The position numbers and the translations under genes were made by a program. A stretch of 64,000 bases of DNA from Nitrosopumilales archaeon (GTDB taxonomy: Archaea > Thermoproteota > Nitrososphaeria > Nitrososphaerales > Nitrososphaeraceae): NCBI GenBank assembly GCA_044507735.1, contig JBIQJB010000002.1:1-64000 (forward strand), written 5' to 3'. Positions 33,531 to 44,539 of the stretch are shown one piece after another. Below the pieces are notes generated by a model that worked only from the letters and a program-made list of their open reading frames with translations, did not search any database and was not told where the DNA came from. Position 1 is the stretch's first letter; every line of letters begins with the position of its first letter.

Positions 33531-34196
33531 AATCCCAAGAGATTTCAAATTCATTTTTGCCTCGATCCTCATTTTTCTGCTTGTAATATGAATGTAGGAT
33601 GACCTTGCGTAGAATAACGGTCATCACGGTGTTTGACCCGTCAGAAGCTTTTGTTCCTGCGATCATTTTCCAATATGGTTCCACCTTGTTGCTTTCAAAA
33701 TAACGGGAAGATCCAAATCAGAAATTTCCATCAACCCGTTCGTTCCAAAGCTGGCATGACTTGGGGATAGTGCAAGAATCTTGCTCACAAGTCAGACCAT
33801 CTTCGTACAAATGCATATGCAGTCTGCCGCTGCTGTACTTCAATTGTAAGTTGTGGTGAACTCGCATGATTCAGCCTGTTTGCTGAGTTAGTTGCTTTTC
33901 GCTTGATTGCTGCAATCGCACGCAGGCAAGTCGCGGGGTATTGTACGAGAGAAATAGCAAACCCTGCATTCTTGCAAGCGCGAAGCCGCGCAAGAGCATT
34001 GATAGGACAGGCTTGATGTCTGTACACACACGCACACCCTTCATTCAAAGGTGTGATGACAGAAGCCGCTATCTTGCAGAGGAGGCCACCTTGAACGCGA
34101 TCCTCGTGTCAGTGCTTCTATTATTGCCATTAAGGGCACAGCCGTCCTGTTGAAACTTGTCTGATCTTGGAAAGATGCCAGCCAGTCTCAAGAGCA

Positions 34197-35021
34197 CTAT
34201 GCAGGATTCGCCTTGTCTAGAATCACGACCGCCCACGTGTTTGGATGTGCTCTTACTGGTGCAAACCTTGCGCTCATCTCAATTCCGTCAAACACTTCGA
34301 TTATCGTTCCCGATTCTCCTGACAGCGCCCTACGGACGCTTTCAAGTTGCGAAAATGATTGCAACTCTGTCAGCGGACCTGTGTTGCCAGTATCTATGAC
34401 TTCTGTCGCATTGTGATCGACTACTAGTATGCGTGATTCACCGGCTATTTTCTCTAGGTCGGACTTGAAATCGTCAAGGTTTACAATTGCAACCCAATAG
34501 CCTGTGATGTCAGTCTGTGCATCAGCATAGACCGGTACAGCAGCCGCAATGGCAGGAACGTGGATTGCCGCCGAGATGAAGACAGAGCTTACGTATGACT
34601 CTCCTGTGGAGCTGGCCCCTCTGTACCAATCCCTGTCGGCATAGTTGAGCCGGGGGAGCTGCTCTTGCTGATCGTAAGGCTCTCCAAGATAAATATCCCC
34701 GCTTGGGGTAAGGAAGAAAATGCTGCCAAACTCCGGATGTTCAGACAACAACTGCTTTGCAATCTCTCTCTTGGCGGGATCTGAATCCTTCGGAATACCC
34801 ATCTGTGCCACATCGATGGCGTCAATAAAGTCCGTCCTCTTTACTTCATCAAGCTTGCTCGTCTCCTCCATCGGCCTGATGGCATTATTTATCATGTTTT
34901 CGACATTGGCAACTACGACATTTGTAGGAACTTCTCTCTGAGTATCATATGACTCTGAGAATCCGAGCAACAGTCCCAAGACAGCAAAAACGCCGACGAT
35001 AATGACAATGGTTGACTTCAC
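34197..35021 (-). CDS. Membrane-anchored Cache-domain protein
   Basis: Signal/TM; NYADRDWYRGA..YVSSVFIS..AVPVY double-Cache motif; no output domain. Confidence 0.85.
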   Translation of the reverse strand: MKSTIVIIVGVFAVLGLLLGFSESYDTQREVPTNVVVANVENMINNAIRPMEETSKLDEVKRTDFIDAIDVAQMGIPKDSDPAKREIAKQLLSEHPEFGSIFFLTPSGDIYLGEPYDQQEQLPRLNYADRDWYRGASSTGESYVSSVFISAAIHVPAIAAAVPVYADAQTDITGYWVAIVNLDDFKSDLEKIAGESRILVVDHNATEVIDTGNTGPLTELQSFSQLESVRRALSGESGTIIEVFDGIEMSARFAPVRAHPNTWAVVILDKANPA

Positions 35022-35429
35022 TGGACGAGAGCGAATTCTGCTCTTTATAAACTGAACTATGACTATGGCGGAGGCTTTATTAGAATGGACTCTGAGACGT
35101 CACAAAACCACAATGTTAATCGAGGATATCTCGGACAACTGCTGCCGATGGCAATTGGTTGGATAGGCATGATAATAGAACCTGATTTTTACCACCTGAA
35201 AACATGCCGGGTCTCGTTCGGTTGTCATGTATTGCTTGTAATAAGGTGCGCGCTACCCCCCGGCGTGGTTCTAGGATTCAGGTTGTCGGTTCTTATCTGA
35301 CCGAATAGCTCGAGGTAAGATGTTGTCCTTTGGGCATACTCTACTAAATGCAACAACTGCTTTTGCCTCTATCTCCGTTGATTCGTGACTTTGGGATTGC
35401 AAACAAGTCTGGTGGAATATTTCCAAAAC

Positions 35430-36761
35430 TCATTGCGAATCAATTATGAGCGTATCACGACTCAGATGCTTGTAGAATCCAACAATGTTGGTATCATAAA
35501 CAACTTTATCTCCGATCAGCAGAGTACCAGAATCTTCAATTCTTGCCACGTTTGTTCCCCTTTCCCCTCTTATTTCATGTTCGTCAAAAGTTTGATTTCT
35601 TATGATAATTGAAGATCCTCGAGTCAAATAGTACTCAAATTCTACACCGGCGAACTCGTTGTTCTCTACAATATTGTCATGACTCCTAATCGTTGCAATG
35701 CCGTGCTTTGCTCCTCTTATGGAGTTGTCGTGCACGATGTTATCAGAAGTTACGCCATCATCAGGGTTCTGCGGCGAGAATAGAGATACTCCTCTTTTGG
35801 CGGCTTCTATCTTATTTCCCGTTATCTCGTTTTCTTGTGACTCTGATACTAAGATACCAGTTACTTCATTGTATACAGTATTGTTTCTTATGATTGAATC
35901 ATGCGTGCCTCTTGAAAGGAATATGCCCGATTTACGGTTATCGTGTACATGGTTTCCTTCGATAACGATGTGGCTGCAATCAAATGAACATATTACTCCT
36001 ATGGGGTTATGATGAAGGTGATTGTTTGTTATCACCATGTGATTTGTCCCTGTATGGGGATCTAGGGCATATTTTACATTGTCGTAAAACTCGCTGCCGT
36101 TAACTAGTATGTCCGAAGCCTCTCTGGAATAGAACGCCATCCACATCTGGTGGAACTTGCTATTTAAGATTGTGATATTGTGGGAGGGCTCACCAAAAAC
36201 ATCAAAGCCTCTCTTCCCGGGTTCATTGTAGCCCAAATAGCGAAGCTCTGAATTCTTTATCAGAACTGCATCGCTTTCCCTGATCCTCACAAACGCACGC
36301 TCATCTGAGCCAAATGGATTCTGGCCTATTTCTCCTCCATTCTCGCTACTCCATGATGTTATTGTGGAATTGTGAACATTCAATCTTCCACCATCAATTA
36401 TGATGCCCTGGGAGTCCGTTATTTTCAGCCACGAGCCTGCGGTGTCAATGGTCAGGGTGGAACCATTGGTGACATACATGTTCGCATCGAGGATCCATTC
36501 GCTACCGTTAGTCATAAGAACCGAGGTTTCGCCGCGGTCATCCGCTATGTCAGTGTAGATTGAGTCAAGGTCAGAGTCGCATTCAACCAGAATGGTGTTG
36601 GTATCGTGATCGTACGAAATACACGACTGGTTCTCGGACAGCTGCGCAAATGTCATATCAAACGGAGAGAACATCAGAAAGGAACTTATGCCCAAAATTA
36701 GCTGCAAAATGAAGAAACTTGACATTATTCTTACCTGAAGGAAATAGGAGCTGGAACGCAT
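35430..36761 (-). CDS. Secreted right-handed parallel beta-helix protein (NosD/AlgG-like)
   Basis: Signal peptide; repeated I..N.VHDN..GI; YLGY and YALDPHTGT motifs. Confidence 0.85.
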   Translation of the reverse strand: MRSSSYFLQVRIMSSFFILQLILGISSFLMFSPFDMTFAQLSENQSCISYDHDTNTILVECDSDLDSIYTDIADDRGETSVLMTNGSEWILDANMYVTNGSTLTIDTAGSWLKITDSQGIIIDGGRLNVHNSTITSWSSENGGEIGQNPFGSDERAFVRIRESDAVLIKNSELRYLGYNEPGKRGFDVFGEPSHNITILNSKFHQMWMAFYSREASDILVNGSEFYDNVKYALDPHTGTNHMVITNNHLHHNPIGVICSFDCSHIVIEGNHVHDNRKSGIFLSRGTHDSIIRNNTVYNEVTGILVSESQENEITGNKIEAAKRGVSLFSPQNPDDGVTSDNIVHDNSIRGAKHGIATIRSHDNIVENNEFAGVEFEYYLTRGSSIIIRNQTFDEHEIRGERGTNVARIEDSGTLLIGDKVVYDTNIVGFYKHLSRDTLIIDSQ

Positions 36762-37940
36762 TCTTATGGAGTATCTTTGATAGTTCGGAAAAATAGCATA
36801 AAGCAGTGGTACGCGTATTGTTCATTCTATCTGAATCCGGCTAGATTTTCGATGGAGAGGATCCATAATTCACCATTCGCATGGAGAGTTGGTGCCTAGA
36901 AGAACCTAATGTGAAATGTGTCGGTACACCATCTCTCAAGACAATTCGGAGTTTAACCACCACAAGTATTGCTCAATGCCAAGCGGATCTATCTGCATAG
37001 TTGATGTGGCAGGGCTGCCAACAACCATGCGATTCGTCTCTTGAAACACACGCGAGATGGGTGCCCTCCTATACTCGTGCACAATATTTTCAGCTATGAT
37101 GGTATCCGACTCGGTACCATTCTCTAGAACTAATAACAGACTCGCATTGTCATTGAGATCTGTGTTCGCGAAGGATGGCCGACACAATGCCGATGAATAG
37201 ATAGAGACATTAGTCCAGAAGACAAGTCTCTCGCAAAGGTTAGAGCCATGCAAGATACGGAGAGAATGCCACTGCAGCTGAAACTGTTGGTGGTATAAGG
37301 ACAACTGGGCCGTAGGATTTGAATTTACAGACTAGTTGTATCTAGGAATGGGAGGCTTCAAATTCCTTGCTGGCATAAAATTGGCAGCATTGGCATAGAT
37401 CGCATTAATTGCCTGTTCGTAGACTCTTACACAAGAATATTTCGAACTTACGGAATCAAACGAATCTCTTGAATGGCCAAGAAGAATGATTGGCAAGCAT
37501 GGCGCATATGGAATTGTTAATCATAAATCGTCTTTTTCCAATTAGACAACAACTGGAAGCTTTTCCAATAGTTGGCAGCGATGGTGATGTGTCGCGACAT
37601 ACCAAAATCAACCTGGATACTTTAACAATCACGCCTGCACTCATGCCATATCGAGGAATGCCTTGGGGTTGGAGATTGTAGGATCGCTGAAAGAGTCTTA
37701 GTATTGAACAACAACTTGGTGGACAACGAATCAAGAATCATGTGTGGTTATGGTTGTAGCTGTCTTGCCTTGCCGCACGTCTTGATTGACCAAAAATGTG
37801 AATGGGAGAGGTGATGGATGGTCAGTCGAATCAACTAAAAAAAGAACAGGATGCAGCTGCGGCAGTCACTTGTGTGCCCACGCAATCCTGCAACTACTGC
37901 CAACTGCTGCACGCTAGTCAAGATGTAGCCTCCTTCCCCC

Positions 37941-39380
37941 TTAGGATGCCTCTGTAAAATCGAACTCTTGCATTTCGTTGTCTCCCCTTGGCGTTATTCT
38001 CATCAGGTCCCCTCCATAAAGCAACACATACAGGTAGCCGTCAGGTCCTACCTCGATGTCTGTTATGCTGTGGAATCCTGTACCAAAGATCACGCTGTCA
38101 AGCTCGGTATCGTTATCAGCCACTTTGTCTGCAAGCGGTCCATCAAGCATGAGCTCTGTTCTGCTTTCATTTAGATCAAAATGGTATAGTTTGCCACCAT
38201 TTATGTCGCCTACGAAAAGGTCGTTTTCATACTGCTCGCCAAGTGCTGTGGAATTCAGGAATTTGATGGCTGTTACGCCCACTGTGTCTTGCCAGACAAA
38301 TTCCGGATCGCTGTAATGACCCATTCCATTAAAGTCTACCAGGTCTTCATCTAGATCGACATCGTCGTTTTCTTCCGACGATGCCATTCCCTGTACATCT
38401 GCCCATCCGCTGTTGAATCCTGGCTCCACCAGGTTTATCTCGTCTCCATACTCTGGACCGTTCTCGGTGTCCCAGAGATTTCCAGTGACCGGATCAATGT
38501 CCAAACCGAAACTATTCCTTATGCCATATGCATAGTAGTAATGTCGAAAATCTGATTCGTCGTCACTTGAACCCAGTGGCGGATCAGGCAGCGGATTGCC
38601 TTCGATATCCACAGCAAGTATTCCGCCCGTTCTGTCAGGTGGAGTACCTCTTTCATAATTCTCAGATTGGCTCTTGTGATGATCCAAGTCTCCTATCATG
38701 AGATAGATTATTGGAGTTCTAGTCGTGGTGACGGAACTATCGCCATCGAAGATATCGTCACTCGTAGTGTCATTCATATATGATATCAACAGCGGGCCAC
38801 CGTTGTAGCGCGGTCCCGGTCTGGCAGGGAGATCTAGGAGCAGCTTTGGATTGATCAGTCTGCCGCCGTCTTCGCTGTCTACAAATTCATACCTGTAGAG
38901 GCGATTGCCAACTGGCACTATGCCGAGGGAGTCATCGCCATCTTGTCCTCCTCCCGATTCGGTAAAATAGAGAAATACGTAGGTAGTATCTCCACTCTTG
39001 TCTACCGCCATTCCAAGCAGCCCCCTTTCGTTTGTGTTGTTGTTATTTGCCACTTGGACATCGACAACCGGTGAATCTTGAATCTCGCCATCGATCACCC
39101 TGAGCACTCGACCCGTGTTCTTTTCGGCGACCAGGATGTCATCAGGCCCAAGAAAAGCCATTGCTGTCGGATATTCAAATTCGTCATCATCTTCAAGAAC
39201 ATTTTCTACCTCAAGATTCGGATCCGCTAGCTGCGTTCCAGAGGTACTGACAGGCAATGGTTCCAAAGAATCTTGATACGGAAAGAAATTACTGCCAATC
39301 GCCGATGGAATTAGCAGCGGACCGGTCACAAGAAACAAGGCACCAAATAGGGATAAGGTCTGTGGCGTTCTGATTGACAA
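37941..39380 (-). CDS. Secreted PQQ-dependent glucose/sorbosone dehydrogenase-like beta-propeller
   Basis: PTAMAF, ERGLLGMAV, GIRNSFGLDIDPVTGNLWDTENGP, DEINL..GFNSGW. Confidence 0.9.
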   Translation of the reverse strand: MSIRTPQTLSLFGALFLVTGPLLIPSAIGSNFFPYQDSLEPLPVSTSGTQLADPNLEVENVLEDDDEFEYPTAMAFLGPDDILVAEKNTGRVLRVIDGEIQDSPVVDVQVANNNNTNERGLLGMAVDKSGDTTYVFLYFTESGGGQDGDDSLGIVPVGNRLYRYEFVDSEDGGRLINPKLLLDLPARPGPRYNGGPLLISYMNDTTSDDIFDGDSSVTTTRTPIIYLMIGDLDHHKSQSENYERGTPPDRTGGILAVDIEGNPLPDPPLGSSDDESDFRHYYYAYGIRNSFGLDIDPVTGNLWDTENGPEYGDEINLVEPGFNSGWADVQGMASSEENDDVDLDEDLVDFNGMGHYSDPEFVWQDTVGVTAIKFLNSTALGEQYENDLFVGDINGGKLYHFDLNESRTELMLDGPLADKVADNDTELDSVIFGTGFHSITDIEVGPDGYLYVLLYGGDLMRITPRGDNEMQEFDFTEAS

Positions 39381-39499
39381 TGCAACATCGTGAATCTGAA
39401 CTATGGATTTATGTATTATGAAGTATGCCGTAATATGATTACTTGAGCAGAATCATTTATTGTCTTGTAGAAATCACATATTACAGATCAATCGTCAAG

Positions 39500-40130
39500 C
39501 CTGACAATGAGTAATGAACAATAACTAAGAAGATCTGGTTCAAAATCGAACGGATTCTTTCTATATGTGTGGAAGGATAGTACATATTTTTGCCGCAATT
39601 GTTCTTGAACAAGATTTCAACTGACACTGGAAATCCGTTACTCAATTGTTGCTGGGGATTACCTGGCATCTTGAAATCATGTCTGTTGTCTTGCTTCTGA
39701 AATCTGATGCGGTGTTTGGAAATGCCTGCGGCGTCATCAAGAAAACGAGCTGTATGCTGTAAAGTTTCAAAATGGGCCATCTTGTGATGTCTGATTTGTA
39801 GCGATTGTGCGTTGTCTACGCCTCTCCGCAGAATTTGTGCTTTTTATTTGGCCGGCGACATTGGTCAAAATGTCTCCAGTCATCTTATCAATGCAAACGG
39901 GATAGGATGTGTGATTTCTTGGACACCTGGCGGTGTTCTGCATCTTGCCTATGCAAACATCTAGCACAACAACATGATAGGGATCGAGTGCATCAAATCC
40001 GTTAGAGGCGCGCCCAGATTGCGTGTATGGTATCCGGGGCAAATAATGTCTCCGAATCCCTCATTGCAAGAACAACATTGTTTCCGCCCAACTCTGTTCC
40101 CACAAGAATCAACTCTCAGCGTTCTGGCTC
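39500..40130 (-). pseudogene. Possible decayed response-regulator gene
   Basis: Broken frames give ELGGNNVVLAMRD and DPYHVVVLDVCIGKM, resembling EERGHSVLLASD and PFHAIILDYKMPKM of the regulator at 47318. Confidence 0.3.
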
Positions 40131-40159
40131 AGATGATGTAGACTTGGTAGAGGAGCGCT

Positions 40160-40696
40160 CTAGTGAGCGTGAGGTGGCGGAGCGCTACCTTTTGCCAAAG
40201 CCTCATTGAATGTTCCAGATGCCTTTTCGTGGAATTCAAGATTTGACTGATCAACTTTGATTGCCTGTGGAGGGCATACTGATACACACGCCATGCACCA
40301 GATACAGTCGTGTTCCCTGATCGGGTCTGCTTTGTCGGTGTAGTCCTTGCGCTCTTCCTTGACAGTGCTACCGGTGCCCGCACTTGTGGCATTTACCATT
40401 TGTGTAGCAGGTGCATCATTTTCAGTTCTGTACCACTGGAATACTTGCACCGGGCAAGCTTCGATGCATGCACCGTCTGCAACACACGAGTCCCAGTCAA
40501 CTGCAACCATCGTACCGTGCACACCTACTGGCACAATCTCTTCACCTCTTGATTGGAAGGCTGCTCTTACTTCCTCATTCTCCGATGCTTCCTTCAAGGT
40601 ACCCGGACCCCATACAAAGTGAAAATGCTCTCCGTCCGAATGCATGTGCTTGCCTATGGGCTGGTGATTCTTCGGAAAGTCTGCATCAATTGGCAT
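40160..40696 (-). CDS. zfx: Zinc-containing dicluster ferredoxin
   Basis: His-rich N-terminus, CVADGACIEACP and CIWCMACVSVCP. Confidence 0.9.
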   Translation of the reverse strand: MPIDADFPKNHQPIGKHMHSDGEHFHFVWGPGTLKEASENEEVRAAFQSRGEEIVPVGVHGTMVAVDWDSCVADGACIEACPVQVFQWYRTENDAPATQMVNATSAGTGSTVKEERKDYTDKADPIREHDCIWCMACVSVCPPQAIKVDQSNLEFHEKASGTFNEALAKGSAPPPHAH

Positions 40697-40765
40697 TGTG
40701 TGAAGTATAAAAAAACAAGGCTATTATGAGTTTCATAAGTTCGCCGGTCAACCGGCGAACACGGT

Positions 40766-41386
40766 TCAGTCGACCTTGATTTCCCTTCCTTTCGGCCGCG
40801 TTTTCTTGCTGAAGGTAATTTCAAGTATCCCATTCTTGTAGCCCGATTTTACAGAGTCGATATCTGCATCGGCTGGCAGATCGATTACTTTGCGGTATTT
40901 TCTTGCAGCATTTTCGCTCGTAGATATCTCGACCTGATTCTCAAAGGCATTTACTCTGATATCTTCTTTGTTTATGCCAGGCATTTCAACGACCACCTTG
41001 ACCTCTTTATCGGTTTTCACAACATCTGCTAGAGGCTCTCTTTCTGATGTGAGCAGAGGCATTCCTCCCGTAGCCCCAAAACTTGGCCTTAGATTCCCAA
41101 ATTCTCTTACATGTGGCTTGCCATCTGGTCCTATAGTGACGGAATAGCCATACACTATAGGTCCTATTTCTCTTACCTTGCCTCCTGCAGGAGTTTGATA
41201 TTCCCTAACCAAATCTTTGGGTAATCGCTCAACATCTTGAATTGTTTCCTCAAACATTCTCTCCATTTCTCTTCTCATCTCTTCGAATTCGCTTAGGAAG
41301 CTCCTGCGGCTGCCAGAACCAAACCACCCTCTACCTCCTGCGAATCTCCTGAACCAATCATCAGGTTCTCTGCTCCATGAGCTCAT
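40766..41386 (-). CDS. hsp20: Archaeal small heat-shock protein Hsp20
   Basis: GPIVYGYSVTIGPDGKP.VREFGN, EPLADV, YKNGILEI. Confidence 0.95.
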   Translation of the reverse strand: MSSWSREPDDWFRRFAGGRGWFGSGSRRSFLSEFEEMRREMERMFEETIQDVERLPKDLVREYQTPAGGKVREIGPIVYGYSVTIGPDGKPHVREFGNLRPSFGATGGMPLLTSEREPLADVVKTDKEVKVVVEMPGINKEDIRVNAFENQVEISTSENAARKYRKVIDLPADADIDSVKSGYKNGILEITFSKKTRPKGREIKVD

Positions 41387-41859
41387 CTAGTATTCCACCA
41401 ATGCAAACTTGTTGACAAGCAATTTACGCGTTGACGTTAGGGTTACTCTAAGTTTCTTCATGATTTCCTGACCATGTTAATGGGTCAAAAAAATGTACAT
41501 GCAAATTGAATTGGTGCTAACTATATTTAGCGCGACAGGCAAAAAAGCCAGACAAATGCTTAAGGCAAAATTTTGAGCACAACTGGCGCCAGGGTGATTA
41601 ATCCTTCTTTCTTGGCATAATGTGGCAAACATTCTGACAAAGCGATAACCAATGCGCAAAATCGCGATCTGATCATCATGGCTACCCGTATAATTTCTCA
41701 CGCCATCAACTCATCAGGAAATCTGTGGCGAGGCATTATTGTATCACACCCAGAAACTCTTTGCGATTGTGTGTGAAGAGAAACTCTCATCTTCGTGTTC
41801 TTGATGTCCTTATCTGGTCTGATGTGTGGAATGGTTGATCCTCCCATGACTTGCTGGTA

Positions 41860-42156
41860 TCATGGGTGGGATTGAATGTGAGCTGACAACATTAATTCGG
41901 AATTCTTGTAATTTGGCCGATCCTCTACAACTATTTCATTGCGATGGGGGCTTATTATGGACAGTACTATGGCACACGCTTCATGATAGTACTTTCTATG
42001 TTTGCCATTGGAAATAATGTTATCAGTTGGCTTGAAGTCTCGTTTGCAATGTCTGCACAATCCATCCTGTTTTCTGTCAATCTCATTGATTATACGCGCC
42101 CGGATCTTGTGGTTTGAAATGTCTATTATCCGCGGCATATTGGAATATGATGACAT
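41860..42156 (-). CDS. Small CxxC/HxxC zinc-finger protein
   Basis: CRHC..KYYHEACA. Confidence 0.6.
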   Translation of the reverse strand: MSSYSNMPRIIDISNHKIRARIINEIDRKQDGLCRHCKRDFKPTDNIISNGKHRKYYHEACAIVLSIISPHRNEIVVEDRPNYKNSELMLSAHIQSHP

Positions 42157-42786
42157 ATTGCTGCAATACTGACTCGCATATTCTTTAGCTTATTGGTGAG
42201 TAGCGCCATAAGAAATAACGAAACGTGCCCTTCGTCTGCATGTAGTGTAAGAAGTTGCTTCAACTACGTATTGCAATAATATCTAGCGCTTTTCATGCAC
42301 TGACATAAAGACAGAAGATGAATAGTGGCCGAAAAATAGTGATCCTTGCCATGACTTTTGACATACCGTCTGCGGACCTTTCAATAGATTTCTCCGGGCA
42401 ATCACGTACCGAGATTTCGATTCCAATACCCTGTACTAGCCATTGGTCTTGTATGGGTTTGGGATTTATGATCGCCGTAATTTCGACACGTCATAATCCG
42501 GTAACGATGACGTCGTGGCCTTCTTCAACAGTGTGGATAGGGACAACTATGAAAGCTTAGCGTAAATGGATGTGATTTTGGAAGTCCTGATCGATCTGGC
42601 TGTGTGTGTGAGTGCTTTCGGAATTTGACATTTACTTATCTGAGGAGATAAGAACGATATCTTGTTGCATCTGTTCTAGTCCCCAAACAGCGTGAATCTA
42701 AATCGAGATTCTTAAGATATCGTAACAGTACCCTATGATTGAGGCGCACTCTTTTTTAATGATTCGTGCGATACAGTCATGCAAGT

Positions 42787-42966
42787 ATGGCAAAAGCGAA
42801 ATACGTTGCTGAAATGGAACTTAAGCAAGAAATCTTTGAAAAGGCGACGGCAATCGCTAATAGGTACGGCTACAAGCTGACAGGTTCTGCCTCGAATTCG
42901 ACTGGTCGTGGTTTTAGGATTCACATGCTTGTTTCACCGACGGATAAGACGTTTCATCGCAGATAG
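42787..42966 (+). CDS. Possible small hypothetical protein
   Basis: MAKAKYVAEMELKQEIFEKATAIANRYGYKL..; protein-like composition only. Confidence 0.35.
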   Translation: MAKAKYVAEMELKQEIFEKATAIANRYGYKLTGSASNSTGRGFRIHMLVSPTDKTFHRR

Positions 42967-43372
42967 GTCCTTTCTAGCACAATAATGTGGAGTCTGGCTA
43001 GTTGACAGGAAAGGCACTAGGCTCAGTGGTGAACTAGGTCGCCGCCCAGCCTAGTGCTTTGATTTGCAGTGTAGCAGGATTACATCCCGTAATTGAGGCT
43101 TTATGTGTTGGTTGTCCATCTACAGAAAAAGAATGTAATAGGACATCTCCTAATTCTTATTCAGCTTTGGATTTCAATAATTGGTCGTCCTACATGATAG
43201 GTATTAGGTCATTCATAATGGCCTGCTTTGATGCCACAAAAAATTAGATGGAGTTAAAGCATGATTCCTTCTCCATATTATGGACGTTGTCATTGAGGGA
43301 TTAAAGCTAAGCCTTCCGAGGTTGGGATGTTTGAAAAAATAGGTTGGACTGTTTGCTATCTTGCGCAGGCTT

Positions 43373-44236
43373 TTACTCTACAGTCCCATTCGTTGATGGT
43401 TGCTGGTCGATTACCTGACCTGTGGTTTCCGCGCCTCCGGTATAAGGTATGACTACAACAACTACAACTTCTGTGTCGGAATTGCCACTAGGACCTGCGG
43501 TAGCAGTATTGTCAGATGTAGCACCCATTCCCTCCTCCCCGCTGATGATTGGTATGGTAACTTCTATGGGGGACGTCCATCCTTCCTCCTCTATGTTACT
43601 TCCGATTTCAAGATGCTCGATGAATGACATCAGGTCAAACATGGACATCTCGCCCCTGCCATCTCTTTCAGTCATTCCGCCGGGATTCTGGTCTTGCATC
43701 ATCATATTGCCCTGTCCAAAGCCATGGTTGGAATACATGGGCATCTCATGGCCTTTTCCCATATGTGCCTGAATCAGATTCACTAGATCTAGCTGAGTTC
43801 TGAAAGCTGCCACTGTAACTGCAGGACTTGTAGCAATGGTTGAGTCAATTTCATTGGTCGCATTCAAGAGTGCGCCAGTTGTCATGTTGTCCGCGCGTGA
43901 CAATGTGACAGTAATCGCTGTCGCATCTTCATTAAGTGAGATTGATGTTACTTTGACATCTTCTATCAGGCTGATTCCCAAGGCTCCTAAGATGGATAGT
44001 CTCCTAGATGCATCAAGCTGATCTGTCAATGAACCGGTTGTCATTTGATCAGATCCTTCTTCACCCTCTTGTGGCGCCTGAGCTAGTACGCTGGGAATGG
44101 GTGATAGACTAGCTGCCAAGGTTATTGCGAGTATTCCAAATGCGGTTCGTGTCGCAAATATTTTTTTGACTTTTTGGTGCTGATCTTGCGTGTCTCGTGT
44201 ATTCTCTTTCTCCTTCTCTTTGTCGTTTGTAGACAT
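43373..44236 (-). CDS. Secreted/membrane-anchored acidic hypothetical protein
   Basis: Basic N-terminus plus hydrophobic signal; Thr/Glu-rich with Met/His/Gly-rich loop. Confidence 0.75.
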   Translation of the reverse strand: MSTNDKEKEKENTRDTQDQHQKVKKIFATRTAFGILAITLAASLSPIPSVLAQAPQEGEEGSDQMTTGSLTDQLDASRRLSILGALGISLIEDVKVTSISLNEDATAITVTLSRADNMTTGALLNATNEIDSTIATSPAVTVAAFRTQLDLVNLIQAHMGKGHEMPMYSNHGFGQGNMMMQDQNPGGMTERDGRGEMSMFDLMSFIEHLEIGSNIEEEGWTSPIEVTIPIISGEEGMGATSDNTATAGPSGNSDTEVVVVVVIPYTGGAETTGQVIDQQPSTNGTVE

Positions 44237-44539
44237 TTGTGGTTGATTTTGATTGGTATTGCATATATCGACTCAGTGCCAGTTTACTGAAGTTGGTAAA
44301 GCGATTTGATTTCGATAAGGGACTTTTTCAATCCAATCTTGGGATCTGCAAGTGGGCAGAGCTGGTCTCGGAATAGGGGCATTCAACAAAATCTATTTTG
44401 TATACATTGCATCAATAGTCTACTACACGACCCGTTGAAGAAATGTGGGAAAGCGGGGCAATCCCTTGCAGTTTACACGCCATGCAGGGTCTTCCCCAAT
44501 CGGAAATGAGCTCAACTGCCATTCTCAGCATACCTATTG

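Noticed and set aside
37298-37376. ACTGGGCCGTAGGATTTGAA as a second att site matching the tRNA-Ala 3' end
   Set aside because: Only a short gapped match to ACTGGGCGGGATTTGAA; too weak to call by eye
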